A stretch of DNA of 64,000 nucleotides from the human T2T-CHM13v2.0 reference genome, Homo sapiens, in assembly GCF_009914755.1 (NCBI RefSeq), contig NC_060926.1; one strand, written 5' to 3'. Under the pieces are notes generated by a model, which was not told the origin of the DNA, made no database searches, and worked only from the letters and a program-made list of their open reading frames with translations. A program made the translations under genes and the position numbers. Below, piece by piece: positions 1 to 14,819 of the stretch (position 1 is the first letter of the stretch; each line of letters starts with the position of its first letter).

Positions 1-248
<248 letters not shown>

Positions 249-251
249 TCA

Positions 252-450
252 TAGAGAGGAACAACAGACACTGGGGCTTACCAGAGGGTAGAAAGTGAGC
301 AAAGGGAGAGGATCAAGAAAAATAACTAATGGGTACTGGGCTTAATACCTGGGTGATGAAATAATCTGTACAACAAACCCCCATGACACAAATGTACCTA
401 TATAACAAACCTGCACGTGTACCCCAGAACCTAAAAGTTAAAAAATAAAA
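252..450 (+). mobile_element. L1 3' end fragment (older L1PA, about PA13-16)
   Basis: gggtactgggcttaatacctgggtgatgaaataatctgtacaacaaacccccatgacac...aacaaacctgcac followed by an A-rich tail. Confidence 0.85.
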
Positions 451-1127
451 TGAATTACTAGTAAGAAATAAAAATTGTGACCATATCTTAAATGTATGAA
501 TAATAGTTAAAACCAAAAAAATTCATCATTTGTAATTTTATGGATTGCCCTTTATGCCAGTCCCTACGTGAGATGGAAAGGGGAAGAAAAGAAAAATTGG
601 GTTTATTTTGTCAAGAATTAGATTAAAAATAGAATAAATGGAAGAGAGTCCCTGCCACACAGGCCTACAACATTCGACATCTGAGGATAGTCAATGTATG
701 AAGAATTCCAAGAACATAAACAAAGCGACATTTTAGTAATAAATTGGTGTCACATAAGGAGCTCTTTGGTACTAAGGATAGAGTAAAGTAACAGAAAAAA
801 TAGAATTCACTAACAGAAGTGACTTTATGACAAATTGTTGAAGGCAGCCTTAACGAAAAGGAAATATACATTCCCATTAAAGTAACACATGCAAAGAGGA
901 AGCAGAAGTACAATTATTGTGAGTAGGAAACATTATAAACTCTGTCAATCTAGGAGGAAATAGCCCCCTGAATTTAACCATAATCAGACTTAAAAAAAAA
1001 TAGTGGCATAAAATTTTCATGACTTATCTTTAAACCATAGGTCAGAAAATAATTATTGTGGAAAAGACCATTTCAATTGACTCTCAAAGTAGAAGTGTTT
1101 TAGACCTTAAAAAAAGACTTCCAAAAC

Positions 1128-1950
1128 TTCTGCTTTGGCCAATGTGGAATAATAAGAAACTAGTTTTACCTTTCACCTAAAACTACAAAAGCACACAAGA
1201 TACGTGAAACAGTAGTTTTCAGACATTGGACATCAGGTAACACAGGACAGTGAAGCCGAAGAGGAGGAAAACAAAGTGGACCCTACGACCGCCCCAACCT
1301 ATTGCCTGCAGAGAATCTCCAGGTCACAGGGCAGATACAGGAATCCTGGTGGGGCCTGGTGATCTCCCTGAGTTAAGGAGAACTGGGGGTTCAGGAAGGC
1401 TAAGGGGACTAGAGTTCACTGTGCAATTTACTACAGAAGAGAAAGCTGAACAGTGAACACTGTAGATTTGCAGAGGTCCCCTTGAGACTTTAGCTGAAAG
1501 TATTGATCAGCAGATGTACAAAGCCAGATAAGAACTACTAGAAGAATTAACAGTACAATGCTTAGAGATGACACAGGTGTTCCTACCAGCTGAAGTGGAA
1601 AAACATGGAAATTCATATGACATTATGGTAAGTATTTAGAAGAGTATTGGTCCTTAGTGAGCTGGCTAAAGACTGCTGTGATTCCACCTAACAAAACTTA
1701 AAAGCAAGCCTCTCAAAAGGATGTCACTTTTTCCAGGTAACTTAACTACATCCTAGAACAATGCCAAAAAAATATTTACAGGAATAGAAAAAAAATTCAG
1801 CCATCCTGCACAGTAAAATTCACAATGTCACTCATCTAATCCAAAATCACTAGACAAGCAAAGAAGCAGAAAACATATGAACCAAAATAGGAGAAAAAGT
1901 AATCAGTAGAAATACATGCAGAAATGACTCGAGTGCTAAAAGTAACAGAA
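1128..1950 (+). mobile_element. Ancient L1M (L1MC/MD-type) 5' region remnant
   Basis: Resembles the recalled L1M 5' end: cagacattggacatcagg..., ccaggtaacttaact..., gtaaaattcacaatgtc...aagaagcag. Confidence 0.65.
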
Positions 1951-2130
1951 AGCAGAGACCCTCTCTCAGCTTTTTAGTCCTTGAAGTATGAACAATGTTA
2001 TCCTCCGATTGGAGTGAGGATGTTCATATGCTCACTAAGAAGTTCCTTGCTTGCATTCTCAGGGGCATTTTTGGCCTCTCCCAACTATTCTGCAAGCTAT
2101 AGTCTGATTGCTCACAAAGTATACATACCA

Positions 2131-2710
2131 CTAAAAAAAAGAAAGCATGGAAGGAATGAAAGAGAGAAGGCAAGTAAAAGGGAAATTAAAAAAAGGAAGA
2201 GTGAAAAAGAAAGAGAAAGAAAGAAAAAGACAGAAGGAAAGGAAAGGCAAGACAGAGAGAAGGGGACAAGGAGAAGGAGACAGACGGAGAGGAGGGAAGA
2301 CAGGAAGGAAAGAAGAAAAAGGAAAGAAAGGAAAAGAAAGACAGGAAGGAAAGGAAGGAAGGGAGGATGGAAGACAAGGAGGAAGACAGGGAGTGGGGGG
2401 TGGGAGGAAGACAGGGAGGGAGGGGGAGGGGGACAGAGAAGGAGGGGAAAGGTTGGGAGGGGTTAGGGAGAGGAGGGGGAGGGAGAAGAGGGGGAGGGAG
2501 AGGAGGGGGAGGGGAGGGGAGAGGAGGGGGAGGGGAGGGGGGAGGAGAGGGGAGGGGAGAGGAGGGGGAGGGGAGGGTAGGGGAGAGGAGAGGGTAGGGG
2601 AGACGAGGGGGAGGGGAGGGGGGAGGGGAGGGTAGGGGAGAGGAGGGGGAGGGGAGGGGGGAGGAGAGGGTAGGGGAGAAGGGGGAGGGTAGGGAAGAGG
2701 GAACGGAAAG
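2131..2710 (+). repeat. Polypurine low-complexity tract grading from A-rich to G-rich
   Basis: Almost purely A/G: GAAA/GGAA units, then GGGGA/GAGG units. Confidence 0.95.
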
Positions 2711-3056
2711 GCCTTTTTCTCAATTATTGTGGTCATGGGATAGGGTAACACTAAACATTTTTTGGTCTTCTATTTCTTAGAAGGCTCAAGTTTCAGTTCT
2801 TCTCCTGGTCCATTTCTACAGTCACCCAGTGACCTAAAACTCAACACCCTCAAAGTATCAATTCAACAGGCTCTTTTTCCTTCAGGTATCAGAAAATCAA
2901 ACAATCATTACTATTACTAAAATCACCACTTAATCAGAGTAAAAGTATTTTAGTGAAATGCTCTGTGTGTCTTTATAAAATGAATGGTTTGTCCTGTCCC
3001 GGTCAGTAAATACTAATTGATTAACCCTCATCAGTAAGACTGACTTTTCTCTAGAA

Positions 3057-3385
3057 CATCAATTCCCAAACTCTTTAGTCTCAGGCCCCACTGTGCACCC
3101 TTAAAGACTGAGGGCCGCAAATAACTTTGGTTTATGTAGGTTATATCTATCTATAATTATTGTATTCAAAATTAAAACCAAGCATTTTTAAAGGACAAAA
3201 ATGCAAAGCACAAAGCACACACTCCATTAGGGCAAGGCTATCGCCACATATCCCATAGCTTCTGGAAAACTCCACCGTATCCTTGGAGAGAAGGAGAGTG
3301 ATATACATTCTTAGCAATATTATAAAAACAGTTGTGACCTCACCAACCCTGAGAGTCCCTGGACCGCACTTTGAAAATGCTACTT
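3057..3385. mobile_element. Short non-autonomous hAT-Charlie1-like DNA transposon
   Basis: Termini ttcccaaactctttagtctcagg... and ...ggaccgcactttgaaaatgct resemble Charlie1 ends. It shares end sequence, inverted, with the element at 13023-14975. Confidence 0.6.
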
Positions 3386-4104
3386 TAACACATTTTAGAT
3401 TGCTTGTTCCCCTTGATCATATTATGAAGTTATAGCCTTTTACAAATTCAACATTACAATTAACTAAAATTCTTGTCTCCATTTTAACACTCATGCTTGT
3501 CACAGACTGAACAGTGAGAGTCCCTTCAATCTAACTCCTTTGTTACGAACTATAGATGTTTTTGAAAACAGCCCTTCTCTTATAAAAACAGTGTTTCAAG
3601 CTCATCTGGATTCCCCAAGAAGTCCTGGTTCCCTTAAGGAAGAATATATTAGAAACAAAAAGCTGGATAGTATATGCAAAGGAAACCAAACTCAGTCACA
3701 GCAAATCATTGGTGGTACACTTGCATCTGGTCAGCATATTACCAGTCATTTGCACCTGTTGAGCAAGTAGGCTTATGGCCAGGGTCCCCAAAATGCTTGG
3801 GAGAGACCAGGGAAGTCTTGCACCCTTCCTCTACCCTCAAGAATGAAAGCAAGCAGGCTTACCAAAGGTCCTGAAAAATCCTCACCCTATGATGGACTAC
3901 ATGGGAAATACTGTCCTGTGAAGTTTAAGGAAGCTTGTCTTCCACACGGGGGTGTTACTGGGTGTCCGCTTCACATAGGTGAATGCATATAGATAAGATG
4001 TATCTCTTACCCACCTTAAAATAACTTGTAGGCTTGGTTATATTTGTGGGTATTTTCCAAAAATCAGCTAGTCAAACAATTAATGAAACTGAATATCTTT
4101 TCAT

Positions 4105-4278
4105 TTCTTTTTCTTTAAGACACAGAGTCTTCTTATGTTTGCCCAGTCTAGAATGGAGTGGTTATTCACAGGTGTGACTGTGGTGCACTACAGCCCTGAA
4201 CTCCTGGGCTCAAGTGATCCTCCTGCCTCAGCCTCCCTAGTAACTGGGACCACAGGTGTGCATCATCACACCCAGCTC
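4105..4278 (-). mobile_element. FAM (fossil Alu monomer)
   Basis: Single monomer that retains the 7SL-derived segment (GTGAATAACCACT on the minus strand) lost in later Alus. Confidence 0.75.
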
Positions 4279-5210
4279 ACTTTTTTTTTTTTAAGAGTTG
4301 CCTCTACACATGCTTTGCCTTATTCTAAACGGTTGTCTATTTTTTTCTTACCAATCTTTAAAGTCCTTCAAATAATCTTGAAATTAGTCCCTTATTATAT
4401 AGGTTGCAAATAACTTCTTCTAGACTAATTTTATAATATTAGTTATGGTCTTGTATCACATATAAATTGAGAGTCTCTTTTTATGTAGTCAAACCTAGAA
4501 CAATAAGAGCACAAAGGAAGGAAGCTGGGGGATGGAGCGGGGTGGGGGGAGGGGACAAACAGCCACTGAGGGAAAGAAAAAATGAAAGTGATGAAATAAA
4601 CTCTTTTAACTTTTCATTGAAGTCCTGTACTTCAGTCTGAATTTAACATGTTTGTGCTTTACTTAACAACTCAATGACTATTCCAATGTAAAATATCTTG
4701 TAAATTGCAAATTTAAAGATACTAAACCAAAAGCCAACATCACACTTACTGAAATCCAGAAGGATTTCCAAAAACAGGGCAAGAATACCTATTATTACTC
4801 ATAGCATTCAATTATTCTAGGCATTCTAGTCAGTACATAAGGAAAGTGAAATAAAAGACAGTAATTGATGGATTTAAGGGGAAAGGAGGAGTTGAAACTA
4901 ACTATTTAAAGATGTTATCATAATTTTTTTTGTAAAATCCAAAATAATAAACTTAATGCCATTAGGCCTAATAAAAAATATGCAGTGAGGAAGCTGGCTA
5001 CAAATATGTCTACACCCAAGAAGAAGGTATAATGGAGATAAAAAAAATTCCCATATCAATTAGCATATTATATCTAGGAATAAACTTAGCAAAATGATTC
5101 TAGACTCGTGTGGGATAAAGAGCCATTCAAAATCTACTGAGAGACAAAGGATTGAATAAGTGGAGATACAACAAGTTCCAAGATTACATATTTTCCATGC
5201 CAGTATTCTC

Positions 5211-5377
5211 TTTATTTTCTTTTATTATTATACTTTAAGTTTCAGGGTACATGTGCACATTGTGCAGCTGAGTTACATATGTATACATGTGCCACGCTGG
5301 TGTGCTGCACCCACTAACTCGTCATCTAGCATTAGGTATATCTCCCAATGCTATCCCTCCCCCCTCCCCCCACCCCA
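5211..5377 (-). mobile_element. Young L1PA2/3 extreme 3' end (~165 bp)
   Basis: ttattattatactttaagtt...cactaactcgtcatctagcattaggtatatctcccaatgctatccctcccc; carries the GAG diagnostic, so not L1HS-Ta. Confidence 0.9.
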
Positions 5378-5521
5378 AGTAACTACTTATAATAGAACTT
5401 CAATCAAAATCTCCGTGGTATTTTTTGATGTAAGGAATGGACAAGGAATCTCATAAAATATTTGAAAATTCTCTTGGAATAAATATATTACAGTAAGAAA
5501 ATGTTTTAAAAGCAATGAGGG

Positions 5522-5855
<334 letters not shown>

Positions 5856-7045
5856 CTATCAGATATATTTGGTAAAGCTATTACAATAGAAGTATCTAGG
5901 AATAGAGAAATGAATAGATCAGGAAACAATTACACATTTAAAAATTCACTGATGTGATAATGGTGGCATCTAAGCGCCGCTAGAAATAGCAAAGGATGAT
6001 TTAGAACTGACTAATCTTTTGTAAAGAAAAATAGGGCCCTATTTCATAATATACACCAATATTTGTATATTAGAAATTTACGTAACCTTAAATAGAAAAG
6101 CCGTAAGACACAAAGGAAGACAGACATCAATATATTTAACATTAAAATTATTGAATACCTAATAAAGACCTCAAAAGTCCTAAAGACTCATAAAAAGTCA
6201 TAAGCAAAGGCCAAATGGACAGAAATATTTGCAACATATGACAGTTACATAATCTATTTAATCAAGAAAAACACTTTAATGGTAAAGTACATAAAAGACC
6301 CAAGCAGGCATTTCACAAAAGAAGAAATGCAAATTGACCAATGAACAAATGAAAAAGTTCAATCTAATTAGTAATCAAAGAAATGCAAATTAAAACAACA
6401 AGATACCACTTTTTGCCTTTTAGATTGGCACAAGATCAAAAATAATGCTAAATGATGGTGCAACTAAAGGGAAGTAGCCCCAGTGCTGGTGGGAATGCAA
6501 AAATGGTAATTGCTGGAGAACAAGTTGGGAATATGTATCAAAAGACTTTAAAATGTTAATTGCACTAATATTTATAATAACAAAAGTATCTGAAGCAATA
6601 TTCATGCTCTTCAATAGGAGAATGGTTGAATAAATCATAGTCATCTTCTGCAGCTCATAAATGAGTAAGTGAAATCTCTGTATTCTGGTCTGGAAAGACA
6701 TTCATGCTAAGAGGTATGAAAAAGTAGAATAAAAGCAAGTTACAAAGTAATCTGAGGGATCTGATCCTGCTTTTATTAAAGGAGATAAAAAGAAATCCCA
6801 GTGGAAAACACACAACAAATTTAACACTGGTTACCTATTAAATATGCAATATGAGGTATGAAATATGAGACTAATTTTTTCTTATGAAGCTCCATAATTT
6901 TCCTTTCTTGTAATCAGAATTATAATTATTTTTAATGTAGAAAAGGAAAATTCTTTAAAATATACCTGGTTTTGATCCAGCAATTTACTTCCAGGAATTT
7001 ACTCTAAGGGAATAAATATGCACAATTTAGCTAAAATAATACTTA

Positions 7046-7363
<318 letters not shown>

Positions 7364-7485
7364 TTACCCAAGCATTATTTGAGTGAAACTTGGAAACAAC
7401 CTAAATGTACAATAATGGAGTATTGGTTTTGTTAAAAAAAAGTATATTCATATAACAGAAGGCTACTCAGCTATTAAAATGTAGA

Positions 7486-7806
7486 GGTCAGTGTAGTGGC
7501 TAATGCCTGTGATTGCAGTGTTTTGGGAGGCTGAGGCAGGAGGATAACTTGAGCCCAGGAGTTTGAGACCAGCCTGGGCAACATAGTGAGACCTCATCTC
7601 TACAAAAAAATAAAAAATAAACAAACAAACAAAATAAACCAAATAAGCTGGGCATGGTGGTGTTTTCCTGTGGTCCCAGCTACTCAGGAGGCTGAGGTAG
7701 GAGGATTCCTTTAGCCCAGGACCTCCAGCCTCCAGTGAGCTGAGATCACACTACTGCACTCAAGCCTGGGCAACAGAGTGAGACCCTGTCTCAAAAGTAA
7801 ATAAAA
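7486..7806 (+). mobile_element. Alu (AluJ)
   Basis: Dimer with ttgagcccaggagtttgagaccagcctgggcaacatagtgag, a J-type feature. Confidence 0.92.
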
Positions 7807-8094
7807 TGCCGGGCTGACTAGAAAGATGTTCAAAATAGTACAGCACATTTCCATTACTGTTTTGTATATATTTATAGAATACATATGTGTAATGCTTTCA
7901 TATGCATGTAAGCATGAATATGCATATGAAAATTTGAATGGTAATGACACTGTAGTTTGCTTATATAAATGTCTAATTTGTCTTCAGTGAAAATATTTCT
8001 GTGATCGATTGAAAAAAAGATTGTTTCACTTGCTTATCCTAAAATAGTTTGATTAGTTTAAATTTAAAAATTTCCATTCTCTAAAAAATAAGGG

Positions 8095-8290
8095 TAGCTA
8101 ATAATGAACATGTGTTACACACCAAACGCTGTTCTCTGTACTTCATTTGTATTATCTAATTTAATCTCTACAACAAAAACTAGATGCTTTTTCCTAAAAG
8201 AGAAGAAACTGAAGACGGAATGTAAGTAACTTGTCTGTGGTCACACATCTGGTAGGAACAGATCTAAGATTTGAATCCAAGCATTTTGGA
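8095..8290 (-). mobile_element. MIR
   Basis: gaagaaactgaag...aagtaacttgtctgtggtcacaca...gatttgaatccaag core. Confidence 0.75.
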
Positions 8291-8369
8291 TGATTTTTAC
8301 TACAACTCGTTAACAACAGACCCATGTAAAGACCTTCTTCAAGGAAACAATCACTAACCCTGTCATCTG

Positions 8370-9360
8370 TTTTGTTTTTTATTAAGGTATAAATTACCAA
8401 CAAAAATTACAGATTTGTAAGGGCATAATTCCATGAGTTTTTTTAAGTATATGCACTCACATAACCACTATCCCAATAAAGATACAGAATTTTCCCACTA
8501 TTATAGAAAGCTCCCTCATACCACTCTCTAGTTATTCCCTCAGGACCATGATTTTTTTACTATAGCTAAGTTTTGCCTTTTCTAGAACTTCATATAAATG
8601 TAACCATAAAGTATGTGCTTCTTTGTATCTGGTTTATTTTACTCAACTTTAAGGTTTTTAGATTTATCCACAGTGTTCTCATACTTAATTGGATTAATAA
8701 GTGTCAAGAAATTAAACATATTAAATATTATAAGATTAATAATGGACTTTTAAAAAAAACTAATGTATGACTCTCCTTGGAGGACTTATTGGTCCCATCT
8801 TCCTCAATCTCCAACCACTTGCTAATTTTTTCTTCCAAATTATTTTTTAATTACAACTTTATTTTTTGCTGTTTTATTACAGTATAATTGACCAATGAAA
8901 ATCATATATATTTATGTATATATTACAATATAATTGACCACTAAAAATTGTATCTATGCTGTATAAGATATTATAAAGAAAAAGCAGTATTTTTCTGATT
9001 CATATGGAAAATGAAATGAGGTACAAGATCAGTACCATACACGTTTACAATGTGAAATGATTAAAATCAAGCTAAGTAACATATTCATTACCTCACACCT
9101 TTTTTTGGTGTGTTGTAAGAACATTTAAGACGTAGTCTCTTAGTGATTTTCAGGTATTAGCAATTTTCAAGTATACATTATTAGCCATAGTCACAATGCT
9201 ATACAATAGATCCAGAACTTACTCATTCTGTCTAACTGAAATTTTATACCTTTAACCATCATCCCCTTGCTTCCCCTCCCCCAGCTCTTGACAACCGCAA
9301 TTGTACTCTCTGCTTCTATAAGTTTGACTTTTTTGGATTCCACATATAAGTGAGATCATC
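8370..9360 (-). mobile_element. Old L1 3' end fragments (L1ME-like 8370-8680; L1MA8/9-like 8860-9360)
   Basis: gttttgccttttctagaacttcatataaatg; tagtcacaatgctatacaatagat...gattccacatataagtgagatcat. Confidence 0.7.
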
Positions 9361-9676
9361 TGTTTTTAAATCTAGCCAAATTTAAAACAGTAGGTGAACC
9401 ACAGTTCTGCCTGCAGTCCTTAGGAAAACAGCAAGACAGCATATGTATAAATTAACTGAAGAGTATTTCATCAGAAACTGGGGCTGCCTTCAAGGAGATG
9501 CGAGGTTAGACTGCAGCAACCAGGAGGACCCAACAGTGAAAATTCTGAAAATCCTTGTAAGGCTCTGAGCAGTATTTCCTGCTTTTCCAGCTCAAGCTTC
9601 CAATCTCTACTCCTGCATTTGTGTACAGATCAAAATCTGAGGTTTTCACACGAATGGTCTTTTTGCCAATGTTACA

Positions 9677-9747
9677 AGAAGAAATTAAAAAGAAAAACTG
9701 TAGGCTTAGAAGAAATTAAAAAGAAAAACTATAGGCTTAGAAGAAAT
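9677..9747. repeat. 31-bp tandem duplication (2.3 copies)
   Basis: agaagaaattaaaaagaaaaact(g/a)taggctt twice, with 1 mismatch. Confidence 0.95.
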
Positions 9748-12313
9748 ATTTAGTTCTTATTTGAAATTAGTAATTTGTGAATTCTTTTACAAATGTATAA
9801 CAATAGACAAATGTTCTTCAGCACTCCATTTTTCACAACAGTGAAACACTGTAAATCTCTCAGGTGTCAATATCTCACATAGAAAATCTGATCTATTACT
9901 CATTTTGGCAATATTAACCATTTATGCTACATGAATAAATGTGACCAGTTCTAATCACAAGAGTCACTTGATTTTGCATATAACTAGTTCCTAACATATA
10001 TGAACATGTATATAATATTAGTTTTAAGGAAAATTGTTTTCTCACTCTGAATATAGTCTTTGGGAATAAAACTTGTTAGTATTCTATAAACAAGCTTAAA
10101 ATGTTTTTATTTAAAGTCTTGAGCCATCTAAATATTGTTTAATGAGTTATCAGATTAGATGGTGCTTTGCTATGTCTTTGTATTGTTACCGAAGTTCTTA
10201 TATGAGGAGTGGACCAGCTGGCTCTGTGGGGTCGCAGGCCACTGGCTTCCTAGACTTGAGAGAGAGCTAAAGCAGAAGGCTTCTGAGGTTTCTCAGGTTT
10301 CCAGGTGAAAAGCCCTCCAGCTAACTTCAGTGAAGGTTGAAGGTTCAAGGTTCTAGAGATCATCTGATAAGATCAGCTGAAATCTAAAAAGGTCTTTCTT
10401 TCTTTTCAACCCCCACTGCAAAACATTTATTTTTTGGACATTCTTAGAATATACAAATACTTATGGGAAACATAATTAAAGAGAAAAAAGGGAAAACAAA
10501 CCATACTGAGAGAAAAAACTGTTGTCTTGGGTATATTTAAAAATGGACTTCTTATCTATACACCTTTACGGTATCACCTTAAGAATGACTCAGACTCATT
10601 TTATTTTCCATATGAATCACAAAAATACTGCTTTTTGTTTATAAAATTTTACTTATAAATTTTTGAGTGCTGAAAAAATATTACATCTTTTATGTCTGCT
10701 TCAGTTGTCATCTACAAGATAACTACTCTGATTCCCATGCTAGCCACTTCTGTTATAGTACAAGTTTCTGCTAGAAATAAAAGCAATTGTTTTCCTAATT
10801 GTATGTAAAAGCTACATTTCCATATACAGCCCAATACATACAGACAGTATAGTAAAAGAGGAGTTAAAAAAAAATCACCACATACTTTGGGGCATGTATT
10901 TTAAATATAACTTTAATTCTACCTTAATGTTAAAACATACCTTTATTGGTAAAAAATATGAAGTGAAACTCTATTCATAAATTGATATTTGATATCAGTA
11001 GATAAAAATATAGAAATCATCTATTGACACTTTTTTGCAAGTTATGATAATTAAATCCTTATGAATGACATATAATTTTGCTTGGCGGCATGTGGTTTAT
11101 TATTTGAAATCTACTGGTTCATTAGTATCATACTGGTTATAGCTAGTTGTTTCAGAACATTAACTGTCCTCTCACATTACTTACAGAGATACTGGGGACC
11201 ATCTGTTCTTGCAAGGAACTTAAGTATACATCTACTGGGTATCATGCTATTTATTTAATTCAGCACCCACTTCCTATTGTTGTATTTTTTTGGGGGGAAA
11301 AGTCAACTTAATTACAGGGAATAAAGATAACCTCTCCTGGCAGGTTACCTTGTCACCATGAGAGCAAAGCGGGACCTGCTTAAAGTAGGTTACTTACGGT
11401 GGTTAATAAGAAGAGCAAAACCAACAAGACTTAAGAATATTTAGCAAAGGTTTAACAAAAATAGAACAGCGAATGGCACTTTTAAAAATATTACTGTAAG
11501 CCTCGGGCTTGTCTAAATCAATCTTGGCACATCTGTCTGATGTAGACCGTAAACAGGATTAGAGCTGGATTTATCTGCTTGGCGCTAATTGTGCTCACAG
11601 TTTCTGCACATGTCCACTTTTTAAAATACTGCCTGAAAAACAGGCCTGCCTGATAGATGGCTCCCACAACATAGTGTATACACACACTTATGGTATATTA
11701 GATGGTTAAGCAATGTGATGTCTAACAATTTTTTTGGCTCTTCAGAATTGGTTATCTAATCCCCTAATTAAAAATACAAAATTCTGTTTGAATACACCAC
11801 ATACTGAGATAAATCTGTGAAGCAAGGGACCAATAAATTTAAACACACTTTAATTGTTAGAAGAAAACACAATTTAATTGTTAATAATCAGGTTAAACTA
11901 GGGTTTAAACAAATAGGGCTGCTCCTGTAGTTTACTGAAAACCCATCACAATATAATACTATCCTCAAGAATTATGACATAACATTTATTAGCAGAAAAG
12001 CTTAAGTTCCTAAATACATACATATATCAAGAGTTACAACGAAGTAGGCTTCTTATCTAGTAAAAGAATTAGAGGGAAATTTTTGAACTTATTTTCAGAG
12101 AGAAAGACAGAAAATTACAGTCCAATCGCAAATGTCACATTGTTATCGGATCAAATAAAAAATAGTGAATTTCCAACTGCAATTTTTTTCCATTTAGTTG
12201 TTTCTATCATGTGTAAATGGCTGAGATACTTCTTAAGAATGTAAGCATTTGAGGATATACAGATATTTTCATGTGAAGTCTAAGATGAATCAATGAAACA
12301 GTCAAAAATCTAA

Positions 12314-12619
<306 letters not shown>

Positions 12620-14127
12620 TAAATGTTATTCTTTGAGCTTTAAAATACAGACAATAAAAATGCTAATCTTTAATACCTATGATGTAAAAGTGACATTAAA
12701 AATGTTAAATTACATGGTGTATGTTTAATCATAAATACCACATAAAATTGGTAAATTCTTTGAAAAAGAACAGTATAATAGAAATGAGAGCTGTTTGACT
12801 TTCAATCATAGACAATCTTCTAAAGCTTTTTTCTGGATATATGATTTATTCACATTCCAAATATCCTGGCTAGTTCTTAGAAATTAATTTTCCTAGATCT
12901 CTACCATTAATAAAAAGGTAGGTGTATACACATAGTCTTGTTTTATATAAACAAATATTCAGGAGAAATTGGTGAATTAAGTAAATCTTTTCAGTGCTTA
13001 TGATAAATTAAAACACCTTCATCAGCAATTCTCAATGTGTAGTCTCAAAGAGTATACAGGGTAAAAACGATTTTTATAATAATACTAAAGATGTCATTTA
13101 CCATTCCTACCATATTAACATTTGCACTAAAGGTACAAAAGAAATAGTGGGTAAAACTCCTGGAGTGTCAGTATGAATCAAGGTGGAGCACCAAATTTTA
13201 CTAATAATTGCTGCATTCTTCATTAACTCAAACTCAGTTTAAAAAATCCAGTTTCATTTAACTGTTCTTGATGAAGCAATAACACTTATTTTTAAAAAAA
13301 TCTCCACCCTTGAGTATATTTTTAAAAATGTTATGAGTAATAACAATGGAAAGTATACATACAGCATTTCTGCTACAAATCGAAGTGGTGGTTTGCTCCA
13401 GGAGAAACACTTATATCATTTCAGTCGCAGCTGAACTAGCTGTTTTTCATAGAACACCACTTTTTACTTGAAAGATCAACTGACAATACAGACTCTGGTA
13501 TTGAGGCAGCAGCATTTGGTAAACACTTTCTGGAAAATGAACAAAGTGAGTCAGTCACTAAGCAAAGCAACTGAGAGCTTTGTCAATGATAAAATATAAA
13601 GTTTTGAGTAAAATTAAAATTTTGTAAAACTTGTAAGTGTGATGATGATCTTAACAGCTTTCTAATCTCAAAGAATTTTCTGATGAGACTGGCAGTGACA
13701 TTAGACTTTTTAAAATATATTATAATAAAAATTATCAACATTTAGAAACTGTATAATAGTAAACCAAATTTTCCAAAAGGCCAATACAGGATGTTATAAA
13801 ATCATACGTGGGCAAAATATCCATTCAAAGTACAAGACAGACCAATAAATTTTCAAATAGCAAACTACAATTAAATAGATATGTTTTCAGATTTCAAATT
13901 ATAACCAGCCTTTAAGAAATTAGCACTTGATAAGTTTTGCTATAGTATCAAAGGACAATATCCACAATTATCTGAACATATTAAAAGATGTTTCCTTTTC
14001 AGCTGCACATCTGTGTAAAACTGTATTTTCCTTAGATACTTGAATCAAAGCAACATATTCACAACAGACTGGATGAAGAAGCATTCTGAGATTTCAGCTG
14101 TCTTCTATTAAGCCAGAGTTGAAAAAA

Positions 14128-14375
14128 CTCAGAAAGTCAAATACCACATGTTCTCACTTTAAGTGGGTACTAAATAATGTGTACATAGGAACAGAGTGTG
14201 GAATGATAGACAAAGGAGACTCAAGAGAGTGAGAAGGGGGTGGGTGTTGAAAAATTATTTAATGGGTGCAACGTATGTTATTTGGGTGAAGATACACTAA
14301 ATTCTCAGACTTCACCACTAAGCAATATATCCGTGCAACAAAATTGCACTTGTACCCCTTAAACTTACACAATAT
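14128..14375 (+). mobile_element. L1 3' end fragment (L1PB/L1MA-type)
   Basis: aaataccacatgttctcact...cagacttcaccactaagcaatatatcc...ttgcacttgtacccc. Confidence 0.82.
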
Positions 14376-14514
14376 TTTTTTTTTTTTTTTTAGAAAAGGG
14401 AGATTTGAAAAAATTTAAAATAGAAGAGTGGTACTGCTTTTTTGATTGTTTTGGAAAATAGTTATTTTTAATACAAATATGTTATTTATGTTAATATGCA
14501 ATGAACTTACTGTT

Positions 14515-14819
14515 ATTTTTATTTTTATTTTTTTTATTTTTTTGAGACAGAGTCTCACTCTGTTGCCCAGGCTAGAGTCCAGTGGCGCAATCTCGGCTCA
14601 CGGCAACCTCCATCTCCCTGGGTTCAAGTGATTCTCGTGCCTCAGCCTCCTGAGTAGCTGGGATTACAGGCGCCCACCACCACACCTGGCTAATTTTTGT
14701 ATTTTAGTAGAGACAGGGTTTCACCATGTTGGCTGGTCTCGAACTCCTGACCTCAAGTGATCCACCCGCCTCGGCCTCGCATAGTGTTGAGATTACAGGT
14801 GTGGGCCACCATGCCCATC
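14515..14819 (-). mobile_element. Alu (AluS)
   Basis: Full dimer on the minus strand. Confidence 0.94.

Noticed and set aside
1981-2751. Pro-rich and Arg/Gly/Glu-rich ORFs
   Set aside because: Artefacts of the purine tract, which has almost no stop codons.
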